From Felis catus (taxonomy: Eukaryota), in the NCBI RefSeq assembly GCF_018350175.1, contig NC_058384.1, forward strand, positions 63,674,001 through 63,738,000: 64,000 nucleotides of DNA. The letters are read 5' to 3'. Shown piece by piece: positions 38,906-51,684 of this stretch. The notes under the pieces were generated by a model. That model had not been told where the DNA came from. It saw only the letters and a list, made by a program, of their open reading frames with translations, and did no database searches. A program made the position numbers and the translations under genes. Positions within the stretch are counted from its first letter, which is position 1. Every line of letters begins with the position of its first letter.

Positions 38906-40800
38906 GTAAGTCTGGAACTTTCTATGTTTTTTTTGTTGTTGTTGTTGTTGTTTGTTTTTTTGTTTTTTTTGTTTTTTTTGAACAATGGAAGGGGATGGGA
39001 ATGGCAAGAGAAATGCATTGGGGTTGAGCCCAGTAAGGGGTTCGAGGCCAGGGAACGTGTGTTTTCACCTGCCCAGCTGAGTGCATAAGACCTGTTGCAG
39101 TCACCGTGTCTCTGGGTAACTGGAAATTGGTAGGAGAAGGAGAGCAGAAATCAGGTGTTTGGGGGCCAGCCCCCAGCTTTGGTTTGTCATTATCTAGTCG
39201 TCTCGGGGAGCTCTGAGAAACACATTTTTTTTTTAACATACAGAACTAGTACTCTAGTACAGTGTCTCTGAATGTTACTCTTGGAGGGCTGCTGAGGCAC
39301 CTCACCTTTGTCTTTTCGTTGTTCAGGGTTCCTGGAATCCTCCTTTTGAAAACATACTGTGTGATTCTGACTTCCAGATATTTGGTTACATTTTCCCTAT
39401 CCCACCAGCAGGAAGGCTCTTTCTGAACTCTTCAGGCTTCTCCATGCTGTTTTCATTCCAACTTTCAAGACCTCACTCTTTTTTAGTTCTTCCACATGAC
39501 TTTCGTCCCTCAGGGCTTCGGCGAGAGTCAAATACCTCTAGCTCCACGAAAATACAGATGTCATCCTTGTTGCGATGATACCAGAGTTGCGTCTTCCTTT
39601 CAAGAGATCATTCTTTTTTGTTGCCTCCACGTGACTGTCCTCTAAGGGCTTCTGAGAGAGCCAAGGACCTCAAAAAAATACGGATGTCCTTCCTGGTTGG
39701 GATGAGACTAGAGTTTGCCTGGAAGTAGAAACCAGATAGACAATTCTGTAGGTATATAGGCACGGTCTGTTGGCCCTGGGCTGGCTTGGGCCTCCCTAAA
39801 GAAAACAGACTAGCAAAAAACTACAGCTCCAGGAAATGCGGCCGTTCCTCGGAATAAAGAATTATTCTTGGGGAACTGTAGCGGGGGGACCCCTGTTAGG
39901 TTCTCGAGTGGACTCAAAGCAGCCCGCGGGGTCAGGACTCTCGTTGAGCGGAGTGTTTGGTCTGTTTCTTGTTATCTGGCAATATTTCAGATACCGGGAC
40001 TCAAAAGGTCTCTTAATTCTGCTGTTTAGAGGGGGGTACGTTCTCCTCACGACTCTGATATCTCTAGGATCTCTGTATAATTTAAGCTGTGTTCCCAAGC
40101 TTCACTGCCACAGAAAGCCGAGGATATTTTGGTTTAAGAGGAAGTTGGGCATGTTCTTTCAGCACTGAAGTTAGATCGATTCTTGGAACCCCATCTGGAT
40201 TGCTAACTGAGTGAACTCACCATCCCAGATGATAATTAAGTGGGGTGGGGGGGGCTGCGTATTAGCTTGCCCGTCAGCCTCCTGACAGTTCTCTCAAGGA
40301 CACGGCCTTGGGAAACTCTAGCCTCTTCTACGTTTTGCTTCATAGAATAAGCAGGAGGTCGGATCAGCAGTCAAATAAGGAAGGGTCTGCAACTCTAGGT
40401 TCAGGACTTGAAAGGTGGCTGTGAGGCCTAAGGGCGGGATCCTTTTTGTCTGTCTTGCAGAGGATGGCATTTCTCTTGTCTTCATAGAGATCCAGATTGA
40501 ACTGGGTCACATTCGACCTCCTGGGATGGGGCCGAAGAGAGTGTAGGCCCACCACTTGCTGCTCACCTGAATGGCAGCCGCAGGTGTCAGAGAAGCCAGG
40601 GTTGGAGTGGGTGGGACTCCTTCGGGTTCGTTGGACTTATGAGTTTATAGTCTGTGTCTGACCGGCTTTGCTTTTCTTCTGAAATACTGTTCGATGGGTT
40701 TGGGTCAGAGGGACCCAATGGCTTCCGTCTCTAGATCTAGGGGGGAAGGTGACATACTGTCTCTCTTCTTTGGCCCCTTTGTGTCATGGTCCATCGAGAA

Positions 40801-41036
40801 CAGGGTTTCTCATCCTCAGCATTATTGACATTTGGGGCTGGATAATTCTTTGTTGTGGGGGCTCTTCTGGGCATTCTAAGATGTTTAGGGACATCCGTGG
40901 CCTCTACTCACTGCATGCCACTGGCACAGTCCTTTACCCCTTCCAGTCATAACCGTCTGAAATGTCTCCAGACATCGCCAGATGTCCGGGGGGGGGGGAG
41001 GGGGGGGGCAGCGTCCTCCGTGGTTGAGAACCACTG
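40801..41036. mobile_element. MER20-like hAT DNA transposon fossil
   Basis: cagggtttctca...attgacatttggggctggataattctttgttgtgggg...aaatgtctccagacat...ttgagaaccactg. Confidence 0.75.
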
Positions 41037-41839
41037 ACCTAGAAGCGCTGATAATTCCTGGCACTTTGAATGATCCAGCCTGGGGTCTAGGACTTAAGGT
41101 GGCTGTTTCTTCCCTCCTATCTAGGGAGTTAACCCTCAGAGGACTGAGGTCTATTACAGAATTGCATCCATTGATATATAATAATTAGGACCATAATGCT
41201 TTCCTGCATTTTGCCTCATTTTCCAGGGGCGAGGTATGTAGGGACCATATTCATTTCCGGGGACTTAAAGTCAGAACACTTTGAATTAGGGAGCTCTCTA
41301 GCAACCTGCTCTTAGGATTGGTTGAATGTGAAACCTGCCCATCTGCTTTTTCTGAGATCCTCATAATCAGCAGCTGGCCAAGAGGAACAGGTGGGACAGG
41401 GAACAGGGAGACGCCTAAGGAGGCTCGGTTTTCTCATGTTGCCTGCTATGAGCAAGGAGTTACTTTCCTTCAGCACCCCCCCCCACCCCGCCCCCATTTG
41501 TACCCAGTAAGTACAACAGGTGAGAGGAAGATACGGAGAAAACTACCCTGTAGTTGGGTAGCTGTTTTCCCAGCTGTTCCCATGCTCAGCAGGCGAGTGG
41601 GGGGTGGGGGGCATCTGGGCTTTCCTAAGTAGCTGTGAGCCGTATTTCTTGTCCGTATATCAAACCCATGTCTGGGGGCTAAGTGAGTGCGGGATGGAGC
41701 TCCCCTTTTCTTATGGGTATGAGTCTCTGCTTCCCTTTTAGGTTCTTGAGGAAGGGAGGATTGGGTTCACTTGCTCTGCAGTTTTCTAAGACCCCATCAA
41801 CTTGACTCTTTGGAAGTGGCTTATTTTATTCTCTCTCTC

Positions 41840-44800
41840 TTTTAAACTTTATTTATTTTGCGAGAGAGAGCGTGCACACACACACTGTGAGCAGGGGAGA
41901 GGCAGAGAGAATCCCAAGCAGGTTCCATCCTGTCAGCGCAGAGCCTGACCCGGGGCTTGATCAAACCGTGGGATCATGACCTGACCTGAAATCCAGAGTC
42001 GGACGGCCACTTAACCGACTGAGCCACGCTGGCGCGCCTTATTCTCTTTTGTAACTTAGCCTCAGTGTCTCGGTGTATAAAACGGGACCACCAATCTTCT
42101 TGCTTAGTAGGGTGCCGTGGTATGGGTGGTTCCACACAGCATAGGGGAGGCTGCGGCTAGCTAGAGTGTATGCGTGGTAACCAGGCTGTGTGTATCTGTT
42201 TTTGTTTTTTTTAATTTTTAAATTTATTTTTGAGAGAGAGAGACACAGAGTGCAAGTGGGGGAGAGGTGGAGAGAGAAGGAGACACAGAATCCGAAGCAG
42301 GCTCCAGGCTCCGAGCTGTCAGCACAGAGCCCGACATGGGGCTCGACCTCACGAACTGCAAGCTCTTGACCTGAACCGAAGTCAGACGCTCAACCGACTG
42401 AGCCACCCAGGCGCCCCTGTGTGGGTTTGTTTCTTAATTGATGCTGCTTTTGATGATCTCTTGGAGACTAAGCTCAGTTCAGTAGGTTGTGAGTACTGTG
42501 TACCAACCTCTATGCATTGCTAGGCACTGAGAATATAAAGGTGAATGTGACTTAGTCCATTTCCACGAATTGCTTAAGATGGGCTGGGGTGATAAATACA
42601 CAAATGGGGCTTAAAAGAAATACGCATGATGTTCCATAGGAGCACAGAAGAGGATTACGTGTCCCAGCATGGAGGTGTGGAGAATGAATTTGAAGATGGT
42701 ATCTGAGCTGACTCGTAAAGGACGAGTAGGAGTTAGCCATGTGAAAAAGAGGAGTGGTATAGGGGGGTAGGGTACAGAGAAGGGAGAGGGGCACTCAGGC
42801 AATGGCAGTAGCCTGAAGAAAGGGACAGAGAAATGAACTGCCTGCTGTATGTGAGTTATAAACAAACTGATAACGGTAGAGAATCAAAAGTGGGTTATGA
42901 GGTTGAAAAGGTAGGCAGGGCCTGATCTCAGAAGGCTTGGTGTGTGGTGTGAGGAGTCTGGAGTGTTCTAGGTAAGGAGGGGGCTGTAGATAGGTCTTAA
43001 GCAGAAAAGCGATGTGGTCAGTTGTGCATTTTATTTTTAAAAATGTGGGTTTTTTTAAATGTTTTTATTTATTTTTGAGACAGAGCGTGAGCAGAGGAGG
43101 GGCAGAGAGAGAGGGAGACACAATCTGAAGCAGGCTCCAGGCTCTGAGCGGTCAGCACAGAGCCCGATGCGGGGCTCGAACTCACGGACTGTGAGATCAT
43201 GACCTGAGCTGAAGTTGGATGCTTAACCGACTGAGCCACCCAGGCGCCCCCCAAAAAATGTTTTTTTCAATGTTTATGTTTGAGAGAGAGAGAGAGAGAG
43301 ACAGAGCATGAGTGGGAGAGAGGCAGAGAGAAACAGAGACACAGAATCCAAAGCAGGTTCCAGGCTCTGAGCTGTCCGCATGAGCCTGACACAGGGCTCA
43401 AACTCATAGACTGCAAGATCATGACCTGAGCTGAAGTCGGACGCTTAACCAACTGAGCCACCCAGGCGCTCCTCAGTTGTGCGTTTTAGATAGCGAATTC
43501 AGCTGGATATGAGGGATGGACTTAGGTGGGTTAAGATTGGTGGGCAGGGGAGCCCTCGAGAGGCTGTTGCCATAGTCCAAGTGAGGGATCATCAGGACCT
43601 GAAGCAGGGCAGTGGCGGTGGAGGTGATTGGAGACATATTTAGAAGTGGCTTCAATAGGAATATATAATGGATCAGGTGATTGGAGCTGTGTTTTGGTGG
43701 AACAGTATTGGGCAGCACGTGTGTGTGACAAGTGTGGATGTGGAAGCCTGGTGCTTGGTCACAGGTCATTGACATTACCCAGCTTGATGCTGAAACTTGG
43801 TGAACCAAACACTGAATTATGGGGGCGCCTGGGGGGCCCAGTCGGGTGAGCGTCTGACTCGATTTTGGCTCAGGTTACGATCACGACTGTGAGATTAAAC
43901 CCCGCGTCAGGCTCTTTGCTGAGCATGGAGCCTGCTTGGGATTCTCTGTCTCCCTCTCTGCCCCTCTCCTCGTTCTCTCTCTCTCGTGCTCTCTCTCTTC
44001 CAAAATAAATAAATATTAAAAAAAAAAACCCACAAATGCCAAATTATAGAACGAGTGTCGGCTGCTGTGGGTCATTGCGAGGGGGTGGGGAAATGACAAC
44101 CACAAGGAAGGAGTAGAAGGGGCATATATCCAAATGGTGCGTGAACATCATTGGTGAGTTCACCTGGCATAGGAGGGTCACGAGCGTGCTCAACGTAGTA
44201 ATGTTCGTTGATGTAAATCCATGAGTTTGGGTGAACATTATTGGTTAGCCTCCTGTGCAGTTAGGCTTTTGAACTTGGTTGGATTGCAGGAAGTATGAGG
44301 ATAAGGTTGGGGGAGGGGGTGGCTCTGGGCTGCAGAGGTCAGGGGTGCTGATCTCTTTGAAATCTCTTTCACAATCATCGCCCCAGCAGTTTCGCATGTA
44401 TTTTCTAATTGGATTCTTAACAAGTCTGAGGAGTAGCTTCTTTCCTTCATGTTTTGTAGATGGGGGACAGTGCGACTTTGAAGTGAGGTGACTTGCCTGA
44501 AGTCACACAGCTACACAGCTAGCTTGTTAATGATACAGGCAGAGTGAAAACTAGGTCTTATCTAAAGATTTTCAGTTTCCCTACTGTCCGTCTGTAGGTT
44601 TGTGTCCCGCAGCTTCCATATTAGTTAAGGGCGAATTCTTGGGGCGCCTGGGTGGCTCAGTGGGTTAAGCATCTGACTTCAGCTCTGGTCACGATCTCAC
44701 AGTTTGTGAGTTTAAGCCCCGCGTCGGGCTCTGTGCTGACAGCTCAGAGCCTGGAGCCTGTTTCTGATTCTGCGTCTCCCTCTCTCTCTGACCCTCCTTG

Positions 44801-44850
44801 GCTCACGCTCTGTCTCTCTCTCTCAAAAATAAACAAACATTTAAAAAAGA
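41840..44850. mobile_element. Can-SINEs in DEDD intron 2 (41840-42038-, 42215-42417-, 43060-43250-, 43265-43472-, 43821-44030+, 44641-44850+) within MIR/L2 remnants
   Basis: Characteristic heads, (CT)n/(GA)n tracts and A/T tails. Confidence 0.8.
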
Positions 44851-45314
44851 AAGTGAATTCTCTACTTTTCTCGGGATTGCCTACCTTTAAGAGGTGAGAT
44901 GGTTGGGGGTAGGAGGGAGAGCACAAAGGGACCAAAAGCAGTATTTGGGGGGCAGGGGAAGAATCGGGGTAACCTCTAACAGCAATTCCTGCTGAGTCTG
45001 CAGCCTGAAGTTGCATATAACACTCTCAGGGAACGCGACCCTGTTTCTCCAGTAGGGTCTGGACTTAAGGTAACAGCCGTTGGATGTGGAGAGCTCTGGG
45101 CTTTATTTTGCAATAATCACTTTTTAAAACGTGATAAACCCTCAGTGTTGCCGTGCGCCAGGCACGGCGTTAGGCGCTGGGGGTTCGGGAGCGAACAAGA
45201 CCAGTTCTTCCACCGGGTGGCTCACAGGCTCTGTTTCCTCGTCCCTACAGTGTAGCGGGGCCCGCGGCCGCCGAGCGGGGACTCTGGACCGCGCCGCGCA
45301 CCTGAGCCCCCGGC

Positions 45315-47700
45315 ATGGCGGGCCTGAAGCGGCGGGCCGGCCAGGTGTGGCCCGAAGAACGCGGCGAGCAGGAGCACGGGCTCTATAGCCTGCACCGCAT
45401 GTTTGACATCGTGGGCGCCCACCTGACACACAGGGACGTGCGCGTCCTTTCCTTCCTCTTTGTCGATGTCATCGATGACCACGAGCGTGGCCTCATCCGA
45501 AACGGACGTGACTTCTTGCTGGCGTTGGAGCGCCAGGGCCGCTGTGACGAGAGTAACTTCCGCCAGGTGCTGCAGCTGCTGCGTATCATCACTCGCCACG
45601 ACCTGCTGCCCTACGTCACCCTCAAGAGGAGACGGGCCGGTGAGGGTGCACGAGGGGCCAGACCGCAGGGCCCGGGGACCAGTCGTGGGAGGCCTGGAGC
45701 CGGCAGCACAGGAGCCCGGGTGGGAGGAGGCGATGACCCTGGGGGCTACCTAGGAGGAGTTAGGAGGCCCGTGGGAGGGTTGGACCGGGGGCGGGGGGTG
45801 CATCTTTTCCTGAAGGACCCCCTCCCCTCCTATAGTGTGCCCCGATCTTGTAGACAAGTATCTGGAGGAGACGTCAATTCGCTACGTGACCCCCAGAGCC
45901 CTCAGCGATCCAGAACCGAGGCCTCCCCAATCCCCTAAAACAGGTAAGAAGATAGGAACTCCTCTGAATTTTCCTGGCTGGCTCGGTCAGCGGAGCATGC
46001 ACTCTTGACCTTGGGGTTGTGAGGTCAAGTCCCATTTTGGGAATAGCGCTCACTTAAAAAAAAAAAAAAAGAAGACCCTAAACTCGTCATTTTTCCAGCC
46101 TCGCCAGCCTGCATGAAAGGGCACTGGGTCTCTCTCACCCCCTCTCCCCCCAGCATCTAGCCCTATAAAAATTAGGTGAGGTGTTAATGCTTCACCTGGG
46201 TCCTGTGATTGTCCCCACATCGTGTGTCCTCTTTTCAGGTCCTGTAGGCTTTTAGTGCTAAGTCTTAAGTGATTCCTTCCTCATTCCAAGAGATCGGTTT
46301 GTATTTCTACTTTTCCCCTACTGTGTTTTTTCCCCTTTTCCCCTCTGGCCAGTGCCTCCCCACTATCCTGTGGTGTGCTGCCCCACTTCGGGCCCTCAGA
46401 TGTGTAGCAAGCGGCCAGCTCGAGGGAGAGCCACACTCGGGAGCCAGCGAAAACGCCGGAAGTCAGTAACACCAGATCCCAAGGAAAAGCAGACATGTGG
46501 TGAGGAAGTTTAAGGGTTCTGGAGGTGGAGCAGATGGGAGGGGGACATACAGAGAAGTGCTGAGACCCCGGGCAGTTCATGCTGTTTAGTGCGAGGCTCG
46601 CATTGAATGGGTGAATGATTTAGTGGGATTGAATGGCCTCATCTGTGGGGAGAGAATTCCTCTGTCTTTGTGGCAGAGTCCAATTCACGTCTTTCTAGTT
46701 AATACGAGATCAAAGGGATGCTGTTACAACATCCTTATTGTAGGATGGACCAAGTTTTGATCGAATACTAAAATGAACTCGTGTGCCTGGGGGCGCCTGG
46801 GTGGCTTAGTCGGTTAAGCCTTGGACTTCGGCTCAGGTCATGATCTCAAGGTTCACGGGTTTGAGCCCCGGCACTGGGCTCTGTGCTGACAGCTTAGAGC
46901 CTGGAGCCTGCTTTGAGTTCTGTGTGTGTGTGTGTGTGTGTGTGTCTCTCTCTCTCTCTCTGCCCCTCCCCCGCTCACGCTCTTTGTCTCTCAAAAATAA
47001 ATAAAGCATTTAAAAAATATATTAAAACCAAAATGAAAACAATTAAATGAACTTGTGCCTGTTAGGAACATACTGCCTAGAAGCAGGGTGCTCCTTGTGA
47101 GGGATGGCAGTGATCTGGCCTGGGCCTGGCCCGTTTAAAGGAAACTCGTGTGTTCAGGCGAGGATTTCAGAGGTGCTTGGAAAAGAACTGGTCCCTGGGG
47201 AGAGGTAGGAAAGCTGTCAGGTGACGTTCCCAGCTCTGCTCCTCCGCTGGTCTTCCAGCCCCCCCGTGCCCGCTTGTCCGCGCCCCCTCCGCAACCGCTT
47301 TGCGTGTCTTCTCCTCCCCACAGACATCAGACTGCGGGTTCGGGCCGAATACTGCCAGCACGAGACCGCTCTGCAAGGCAACGTGTTCTCGAACAAGCAG
47401 GACCCACTGGAGCGGCAGTTTGAGCGCTTCAACCAGGCCAACACCATCCTCAAGTCCCGGGACCTGGGCTCCATCATCTGTGACATCAAGTTCTCCGAGC
47501 TCACCTACCTCGACGCCTTCTGGCGCGACTACATCAATGGCTCGCTACTAGAGGCGCTCAAAGGTGTCTTTATCACAGACTCCCTCAAGCAGGCTGTGGG
47601 CCACGAAGCCATCAAGCTGCTGGTGAATGTGGACGAGGAGGACTACGAGCTGGGCCGGCAGAAACTCCTGAGGAACTTGATGCTGCAGGCACTGCCCTGA
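45315..47700 (+). CDS. DEDD: Death effector domain-containing protein, 4 coding exons, 318 aa
   Basis: Exons 45315-45639, 45836-45943, 46353-46499, 47324-47700 sum to 957 nt. MAGLKRRAGQVWPEE..., DED with RHDL motif, DIRLRVRAEYCQH...LLRNLMLQALP*. Confidence 0.98.
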
Positions 47701-48486
47701 CCTTTCCCCTCTCACCTCTCACCTCTGGGGGACTGCTCCCCCCGCCCACCTCTGGAGCTCACATACTGTTCTGGGGTTTGTTCTCTACCCTTCCGACCAA
47801 TCACACCCCTGCCTTTTTTTTTTTTTTTTTAAAGGAAAAGACAAAGGAAAATGGAAGTGGTGTTCCCCACCCCTCCCTGCACCCACGTGCCTGGGCTTCC
47901 CCTGTTTCCCTTTCCCACGTCCCCTCCTCCTGATGTGCGTCTACAGCCACCTTGCCACTGAGCCGTAAGACAAACGTAGAGGGAGAAGCAAAGTCTATAG
48001 AACATAGTCTTTGTAGGGGATCGAAGTGAACACTGCTTCCGGGTGCATTGCGGGGTCATCAGTACTTCTGGCTTTCTGAGGGCTCTTAAATTTTGTCTGC
48101 AAAAACCAAAGGGCTGAGTGAGGGAGCTGTGTGGAAGGTGGGACTCTGAAGCGTATTTTGGAAACTAATCACCACCCTCTCCCAAATTATAGAATTTTTA
48201 AAAAACAAAGAAGCTGTGGCCCTTTTCCACTCTCTGCCGGCCTCTGGTGCTGCTCCTCTCTGCCTCGTTTCCTCCATTCCATGGCTTGAAACCTCTGCCT
48301 GGTGTGGCGCCTTCCTTTTCCCCCTTTGGTCAAACCCTCCGAAAGGGAGTCTGAGGTAAGAGGACTAGGCCAGCCTAGTTCCCTGCTCCCGCACAGGGCG
48401 GATGGCAAAGGGGTTGCTGATAAAAATACACTCCCCCTGGAAAGGGGAAGGGGGAGTGTGAGACTTCCCTTCCATGTTCAAGTGAA

Positions 48487-48492
48487 AATAAA
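48487..48492 (+). terminator. DEDD polyadenylation signal (a second AATAAA lies at 48858-48863)
   Basis: AATAAA followed by U-rich downstream sequence. Confidence 0.65.
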
Positions 48493-49061
48493 TCATGTAC
48501 CCTGCAGCCCTTTCCCCTTTGCTTTCTTCTGGCTTGGGCGAAGGGCAGTCTAGGTGAAAGCGAAGTCATTCAGTACCCACCCCTCTCTCCTTTTTCCTCC
48601 CCTACTCTCTACCCCACTCCCACGCTCAAGCTTGGGAGCGTGGGGCCGGGACATGCACTGAGTGTCGCACTTTGATCGGGGCAGGGAGGCTTGTCGAAGG
48701 AGCCAGAAGGCCTAGAACCGGAGCCTCGTCCGGCTGGTACGACCCCACCTCCCCTTTTCAGCTCCCAAAGGAGATGTCCAGACACAGACTTTCTGATGAT
48801 TCTATTTTTTTCAATGCCAGTGCTGCTCAGCCCTCCGCATAACTTCAGTTTTCATGAAATAAACAGTGACTGTAGAAAATTCCACCTTTCTGAAACTGAA
48901 ATGGGAGCTCAGGCGAAAGTTTCTTCTTTCTTGAGAAGCTGAGCCTGTGTTCCGCCAAGGCAGTCGAGCTTCTCCAAGTGAGGGGAGCCGCGCCTGGGTC
49001 CCGCCACCAAGTCACGGCAGCGCCAGCTCACGATGGGAGTGTCAGCTCACAGAAGTCAGTC

Positions 49062-51684
49062 TTAAGACCGTGGGTGGCCCAGACTGCCGTAGAGGTCAGG
49101 CCTGCGGTGCTGGAACACAGGCAGCTGTTGGCGCAGCTGTCGCAGATAACGGAGGTCGATTCGGGCAAGGCAGAGGCCTGGTCCTTCAGAGCAGCGGGCC
49201 ACCACTGTCCCCCAGGGATCCACCACCATGCTGTGGCCATAACTTGCTCTCTTCTCGTGGTGGCGTCCACACTGTGCTGCTGCCACGACGTAGCACTGGG
49301 TTTCAATGGCGCGGGCCCGCAGCAACACCTGGGGATGAGGAGACGTGAGTTCACTTACGTACATGGAACGTCCAGTGGGGAATTGATAGGTGACGGATGT
49401 TACAGGCCAGTCTACTCCTTGTGACCATTCTGATAACTGCCTAGGAATGCTTTACTGTTACCTGTTCTCTAACGTGAAGGGCAGCAATCTAGGGAATGAA
49501 TGCTTCCCCCTGGGTGGGAAGGGGAGGAAAATCTTTTCTTCGGCTGGTAGGGCCAAGGGTGGAGAAGGAAGTTTAGAGGAGGCCCTTGGGTTTTGAAGGG
49601 AGGGTCTCTTACCTCCCAGTGGGCTGGGCCCGTAACAGATCCGAAAGCTGAAGGGTAGGTAAGTATTTCTGCTCCGGCCTGAGCCAATGCCAGAGAGAGT
49701 TCAGGAAAGCGCATATCGTAGCAGATCGCTAGACCAATCTGCAATGAAAAAGAGCCTGACACCCCTATTCTGTTCGTCACAGCATCTAGTCGTTACCTCC
49801 CTACCCCGCTCCTTAGGGCTTTCCAGCCTCTGTTACCACCTCAGTGTTCCTACTCTCCTCCCTCGTGTTCCTGATCCCGCATCTCCTCCTCTCACAACTC
49901 CCACCTTGCCTGCTGGTGTGCTGACAGGAGACTCAAGACTGGGCCCCGGAATGGTAGAGTTGCTCTCACGCATAGGCCCCTGCCCTGGAATCTCCACGTC
50001 ACACAGATGGGTCTTCCTGTAAGTGGCCACTACTGACCCTGGAGCAAGATGGAGAAGGAGTGCTCAGTGCTGGTGCCCTAGAAGCACCCAACTTCGTTCC
50101 TCTCCTCCCAGGGAGCTAGCTTATAAGCTAGGATGCGAAGTACAGATGCCCCTTGACCAAGCAAAGAGTTGCGTAACAGTTCTGGAGATCTTTAGGTAGC
50201 AAAGCCTGGGAAGAGGGAGGCTGGAGAGTTCTGAAGTCTCACCCTTGTTGTCCAGAAGCACATGACAATTGTAGATTTTCTGAGTCTGTTCCCAGTCCTG
50301 GCCTCGCTCGTGGAAACCACCCAAGGACAGCCAGAGTCCACATTCCCTGGGGGAGGAGGGGGGCAGGGGGAGGAGGCGACACGGACGACTCTTCTCAAGG
50401 TTCTACCCTCCCACCTGGCAACTCAGGGACAAGTGCCCAACAAAGAAACTACCTTTTCCTCCCCCTTGCCCTGATACCTGGCAAGCTGGGTATATTCTCC
50501 TAAAAGGTTCCCACCCAGTGGCTCAGACAGGCGGAGCGTCTCTGCAGGGTCCCTCGCAACGAAGTCAAATGCCTCCGGCAGGAAAGCCAGGCAAGCACCC
50601 AGTCTGGCAGCCTCTCGAACAAGCTCTGCGCATGTTTTAAAGTTCTGCTGCTTGTCTGGGGTTGAGGTTACCTGGCACACAGCCACCAGCGGTAGTTCCC
50701 AGGAAGAAGAGAAGATGGCCATGGCTCTGGGCCTGTGAATGGCACAAGGCAGGACTCAGATTTCCCAGCACGGGAAAACCCCAGTTTAATGATAAGGGTC
50801 TCAAATGGGGAGGCGGGAGGGCTGGACTGCCCTTTGATTTGTGCTCTTAACGGGGCACAACCACCCACTGATGAAATGTTCTGTGGATGGTTGGTACCCC
50901 AGTGTTTCCCACCATCTGGTCATTTAACAAACATTTACTGAGCATCTACTGAGGCACTGAGGACAGAACAAAACGTGTTACCTGGGCTGTGCACAAAGTA
51001 CTGACGGTCGAGGGATCCGGAGTCCAGGACACAAAAGAAGGGACAGGAGCTGGTGAGGAGGCCTGATGATGAAGCCCAGCCTGAAAATGGTGAGAAATCA
51101 GGACACCGGCTCCGCCCTCAAGGAGTACATTTCTAGGCTTCTCTGACTTTTCACACTGTGGGGCCGAATCAGGGCCCTGCCAGTAACACCCTCTAAGTCT
51201 TCAAAACACTCTTTACTGTAAGTAATTATGGGCTACAGGAAGAGATCATAAAGTGGGAAGACGGAGGAAAGGGCTTTACTGGGCACCTGAATACCTCGAC
51301 TTCCAGTGATCTCATATTAAACTGAAGCCATTTTCCTCAGCCAAACCTAACCGCGCTTCAAAAGTCATCTCCATGAAACTTACTTGTTTTTCCCAGCCTC
51401 TCTTCCTGACTGCACACCTGCACAGCTTTGCTGCTCAAAACATATCCCCTCCCCCCGCCCTTACCCCGGAATCTCTGCGGGGAAATTCACCTTCCCTCCT
51501 TTCCCACCGCCCCGTGCTGGGCAGAGGGCACTGGCACCCAGATCCCAACCCGCGCCCCCACTCTCCGGTTAACCCGTCCGAAAGGGTTCTGCCCCTCTCC
51601 CAGGGGCAGTGTCTCTGTTGCACAAGTTAAAGCACCGCAGGCGGAATTCACCGCGGCCTGCGGGGCAGACGGTAGGTCCTACAT
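49062..51684 (-). CDS. NIT1: Nitrilase 1 / deaminated glutathione amidase, 328 aa long form
   Basis: Exons 51683-51684 (AT of the start codon), 50982-51080, 50478-50732, 50243-50346, 49905-50038, 49613-49738, 49062-49328 sum to 987 nt. Nitrilase triad motifs FLPE, YRKTHL, ICYDMRFPE. Confidence 0.95.

Noticed and set aside
45222-45599. 125-aa minus-strand ORF MASDDTQQLQHLAEV...
   Set aside because: Antisense shadow of the high-GC3 DEDD exon
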